Source: an uncultured bacterium
GTDB taxonomy: Bacteria > Acidobacteriota > Polarisedimenticolia > CBDVAL01
DNA length: 53,084 nt
Direction: 5' to 3'
Assembly: GCA_965371955.1 (NCBI GenBank)
Contig: CBDVAL010000001.1
Span: forward strand, 1 to 53,084
The notes beneath the pieces are model-generated. The model worked only from the letters and a program-made list of their open reading frames with translations. It searched no databases and was not told the origin of the DNA. Of this stretch, positions 50,289-53,084 are shown one piece after another. Made by a program: the position numbers and the translations under genes. Position 1 is the stretch's first letter. The number at the start of each line of letters is the position of its first letter.

Positions 50289-52897
50289 GCCGCCGCATCC
50301 TCGGGCGCGCCGCGCTGGCGGCCCTGCTGGCCGCAGCGCTCACCGCATACGCCGCCGACGTCCCGGCTCCGGAAGAATTCCTCGGCCATCCGCTGGGCGC
50401 CGACCGCAAGCTGGCCGACTACCACCAGATCGTCGACTACCTCGATCGCATCGACGCCGCCTCCGACCGGCTCGATCTCCTTCGCCTGGGCAAGACCACC
50501 CTGGGTGAGGACTTCGTGGTGGCGGCCATCTCCACCGCCGCCAACCTGCGCGACGCCGGGCGCTACCGCGACATCGCCCGCAAGCTGGCCGACCCCCGGG
50601 GCGTGGGCAAGAAGGAGCGCAAGCAGCTCATCGCCGAGGCCAAGGTCATCGTCATGGTGACGCTGAGCATCCACTCCACCGAGATCGGCGCCAGCCAGAT
50701 GTCGCTGGAGCTGGCCTGGAACCTCGCCATGCAGGACAATCCGGACGAGCAGCGCTGGCTGGAGGACGTCATCCTGCTGATGGTCCCGGCGCTGAACCCC
50801 GACGGTCAGCTCATGGTCACCGAGTGGTACCGCGAGTTCGTGGGCACCGAGTTCGAGGGGGGCCCCATGCCGCGGCTCTATCATCATTATGCCGGCCACG
50901 ATAACAACCGTGACTGGTTCATGCTGAACCTAGTCGAGACCCGGATGCTCAGCCGGTTGCTCTACCACGACTGGCACCCGCACATCTTCGTGGACGAGCA
51001 CCAGATGGGCATGAGCGGCCCGCGCCTGTTCGTGCCGCCGTTCAAGGATCCCCCGGGCGAGCAGATCCATCCGCTGATCTACCGCCTCATCGATCGCATC
51101 GGCACCGCCATGGCGCTGCGCGAGCAGGAGGCCGGCCACTCCGGAGTCATCCAGTCGGCACAGTTCGACGCCTACTGGCTGGGCGGCACGCGCAACACCG
51201 GCTGGTACAAGAACACGGTGGGCCTGCTCACCGAGCTGGCCTCGGTGCGCATCGCCTCCCCCATCTACGTCGACCCCGGCGAGCTCAGCGGCGGTTCCAA
51301 GGGCCTGGCCGACTATGCCCCGCAGGCCAACTTCCCCGACCCCTGGCCCGGCGGCTGGTGGCACCTGCGCGACATCATCGACTACGAGCTGGTGCTGACA
51401 CGCAGCCTGCTGGAGACGGCGTCGCGCTACCGCGAGGACTTCCTGCGTGACGGCATGCAGATGGCCCTGGATGCCGTGGCCATGGGTGGAAGCGAAGCAC
51501 CGTTCGGCTGGGCCGTGCCGGCCGGGCAGCGCGACGAGGTGGCCACGGCGCGCATGCTGGAGCTGCTGCGCCTGCACGGCGTGGAGGTGCATCGCGCACC
51601 GTCGTCCTTCTCCCACGGCAAGCGTCTGTTCCCCGCGGGAACCTGGGTGGTGCGCGCCGACCAGCCGTACCGCAGCTTCGCCCGGGAGGTCCTGCAGCCG
51701 CAGCGTTACCCGGAGGTGCGGGTATCGCCCGGCGGTCCGGTGCTGCTGCCGTACGACGTCAACAACTGGTCGCTGCCGGCGCTGTTCGACGTGGAGACGG
51801 TGGCGCTGCGCGACGGGCCGCTGCAGATGGACCTCGAGCCGGTGGAGACCGTCCCCTACCCGCAAGGCCAGGTCCTCGGCAGCGGCAGCAGCGAAGACGT
51901 GGCGCTGCTGGCCCCGGCGGGCAACGCGGCCTCAGCCGCGGTGAACCGTCTCCTGGAGGCCGGCGCCGACGTGCATCTGGCTCGGACCGGGTTCCAGGCC
52001 GGCGAGCGGACGTGGCCCGCGGGAACCGTCATCGTCCGGCCCGGCATCTCCGCCGAGGATCTCTCCCGTATCGCGGAGGAAGAGCACGTCACGTTCCAGC
52101 GCCGGCCGCAGCCACCCGACGTGGAGACGCTGCAGCTGCACAAGCCGCGTATCGGTCTGTATCAGGGTTTTCTCCCGTCCATGGACGAGGGCTGGACGCG
52201 CCTGGTCCTGGATCGGCACGGCTTCGAGCACGTGTCCCTGGACGCCGAGACCGTGAAGGGAGGAGACCTTCGGGAGAATCTCGACGTGATCATCCTGGCC
52301 GACGAGTCAGCGGACGAGATCATGGAGGGTCGCTCCGAGCGAGCGAGCAAACGCTACCGCGCCCCGTTCCCCCCCGACTACCGCGGCGGCATCGGCAAGG
52401 AGGGCGCCGAAGCGCTCAAGCTGTTCGTGCAGGAGGGCGGAACACTCATCGCCATGGACAGCTCCACCGAGCTTCCGGTGGAGAAATGGAACCTGCCGGT
52501 GCGCCGCCCGCTGGCCAAGCTGAAGCAGGACGAGTTCTACTGCCCCGGCTCCATGCTGCGCGTGCAGATCGACAACACCCACCCGCTGGGCTACGGCATG
52601 CCCGGGCGGGCCGCGGTGCTGTTCGCGCGCAGCCAGCCGTTCCAGACATCGATCCCGGGCGCAGAGGTGACCCGGCAGGTGGTGGCGCGCTTCCCCGACG
52701 AACCGCTGCTGCTCAGCGGCTGGATACGCGGCGAGGAGAAGCTGCACCGCAAGGCGGCCCTGGTGGAGGTGGGGCTGGGCCAGGGCCGCATCGTCCTGTT
52801 CGGCTTCCGGCCACAGTTCCGTGGCCAGGCGGTCTCCACCTTCAAGCTACTGTTCAACGCCATCCATCTGGGAGGCAGCCGGCCTCACGGAGGGTAG
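50285..52897 (+). CDS. Secreted M14-family zinc metallopeptidase-like protein (870 aa), paralog 2
   Basis: Collinear with paralog 1 throughout (SIHSTEIGASQ, NPDG, HHYAGHDNNRDWFMLN, DEHQMG, RYRDIARKLADPRG identical). The ATG overlaps the paralog 1 stop (ATGA). Confidence 0.85.
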   Translation: MSRRILGRAALAALLAAALTAYAADVPAPEEFLGHPLGADRKLADYHQIVDYLDRIDAASDRLDLLRLGKTTLGEDFVVAAISTAANLRDAGRYRDIARKLADPRGVGKKERKQLIAEAKVIVMVTLSIHSTEIGASQMSLELAWNLAMQDNPDEQRWLEDVILLMVPALNPDGQLMVTEWYREFVGTEFEGGPMPRLYHHYAGHDNNRDWFMLNLVETRMLSRLLYHDWHPHIFVDEHQMGMSGPRLFVPPFKDPPGEQIHPLIYRLIDRIGTAMALREQEAGHSGVIQSAQFDAYWLGGTRNTGWYKNTVGLLTELASVRIASPIYVDPGELSGGSKGLADYAPQANFPDPWPGGWWHLRDIIDYELVLTRSLLETASRYREDFLRDGMQMALDAVAMGGSEAPFGWAVPAGQRDEVATARMLELLRLHGVEVHRAPSSFSHGKRLFPAGTWVVRADQPYRSFAREVLQPQRYPEVRVSPGGPVLLPYDVNNWSLPALFDVETVALRDGPLQMDLEPVETVPYPQGQVLGSGSSEDVALLAPAGNAASAAVNRLLEAGADVHLARTGFQAGERTWPAGTVIVRPGISAEDLSRIAEEEHVTFQRRPQPPDVETLQLHKPRIGLYQGFLPSMDEGWTRLVLDRHGFEHVSLDAETVKGGDLRENLDVIILADESADEIMEGRSERASKRYRAPFPPDYRGGIGKEGAEALKLFVQEGGTLIAMDSSTELPVEKWNLPVRRPLAKLKQDEFYCPGSMLRVQIDNTHPLGYGMPGRAAVLFARSQPFQTSIPGAEVTRQVVARFPDEPLLLSGWIRGEEKLHRKAALVEVGLGQGRIVLFGFRPQFRGQAVSTFKLLFNAIHLGGSRPHGG

Positions 52898-52900
52898 CCT

Positions 52901-53083
52901 TCACTTGGAGCCGTGCGTCTGCTCCAGCTGGATGATGGCCAGGGCTGCCCCGGTGGGATCGGCGAACACCGCGAAGCGTCCCACGTCGGGGATGTCATTG
53001 GGCGGGACGAACGTCTTTGCCCCCAGCTTGCCGGCCTTGGCGGCCGTCGCGTCGCAGTCGTCCACCATGACGTACGGCATCCA
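52901..53083 (-). CDS. VOC (glyoxalase/bleomycin-resistance) family protein, C-terminal 60 codons (start lies beyond the window)
   Basis: The minus-strand frame reads WMPYVMVDDCDATAAKAGKLGAKTFVPPNDIPDVGRFAVFADPTGAALAIIQLEQTHGSK*, a typical VOC C-terminal beta-alpha-beta-beta-beta unit. It is not in the ORF track because it is truncated. Confidence 0.6.
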   Translation of the reverse strand, partial: WMPYVMVDDCDATAAKAGKLGAKTFVPPNDIPDVGRFAVFADPTGAALAIIQLEQTHGSK

Positions 53084-53084
53084 G

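Overview
This is a 53 kb window of high-GC DNA (roughly 65% by eye), densely packed with genes, from an uncultivated-looking Gram-negative bacterium. The domain repertoire resembles Gemmatimonadota, Acidobacteriota or the FCB superphylum, but that is inference only. I support about 36 protein-coding genes. I found no rRNA, tRNA, CRISPR array, transposase, integrase or prophage gene.

Content from left to right:
- SSS-family symporter.
- Two-gene RND efflux operon.
- Methyltransferase carrying a signal peptide.
- DUF423 gene.
- Divergent YcbK (DUF882) / YcbB-type L,D-transpeptidase pair.
- 1580-aa secreted protein with FG-GAP, TSP3 and Cys-rich modules.
- C-N hydrolase.
- Ser/Thr kinase with a TPR domain.
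- FAH-family enzyme.
- About 3460-aa subtilisin (S8) mega-protein built from a tri-domain macro-repeat.
- DUF4136 gene.
- pspC / liaF-like / tag operon.
- yjbQ.
- Compact biosynthetic cluster: flavin halogenase, KS, CLF-like KS, ACP, AMP-ligase, CrtI-like oxidoreductase and DUF3179.
- AGCS symporter.
- BNR / TlpA / MsrA / GNAT operon.
- STAS gene translationally coupled to two tandem M14-like peptidase paralogs.
- Partial VOC gene at the right edge.

The observations most worth follow-up:
1. An in-frame TGA in the DUF3179 gene sits where the family has a conserved Cys. This makes it a candidate selenoprotein or a pseudogene.
2. The KS/CLF/ACP/ligase/halogenase cluster has no KR, DH, cyclase or TE in the window.
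3. The S8 mega-protein contains an unrecognised 126-aa module repeated six times. Two foreign domains are nested at the same loop of two Ig-like domains.
4. There is a sharp GC and codon-usage drop confined to the extracytoplasmic TPR half of the kinase gene.

All functional calls come from reading motifs in the supplied translations. No database search was run.
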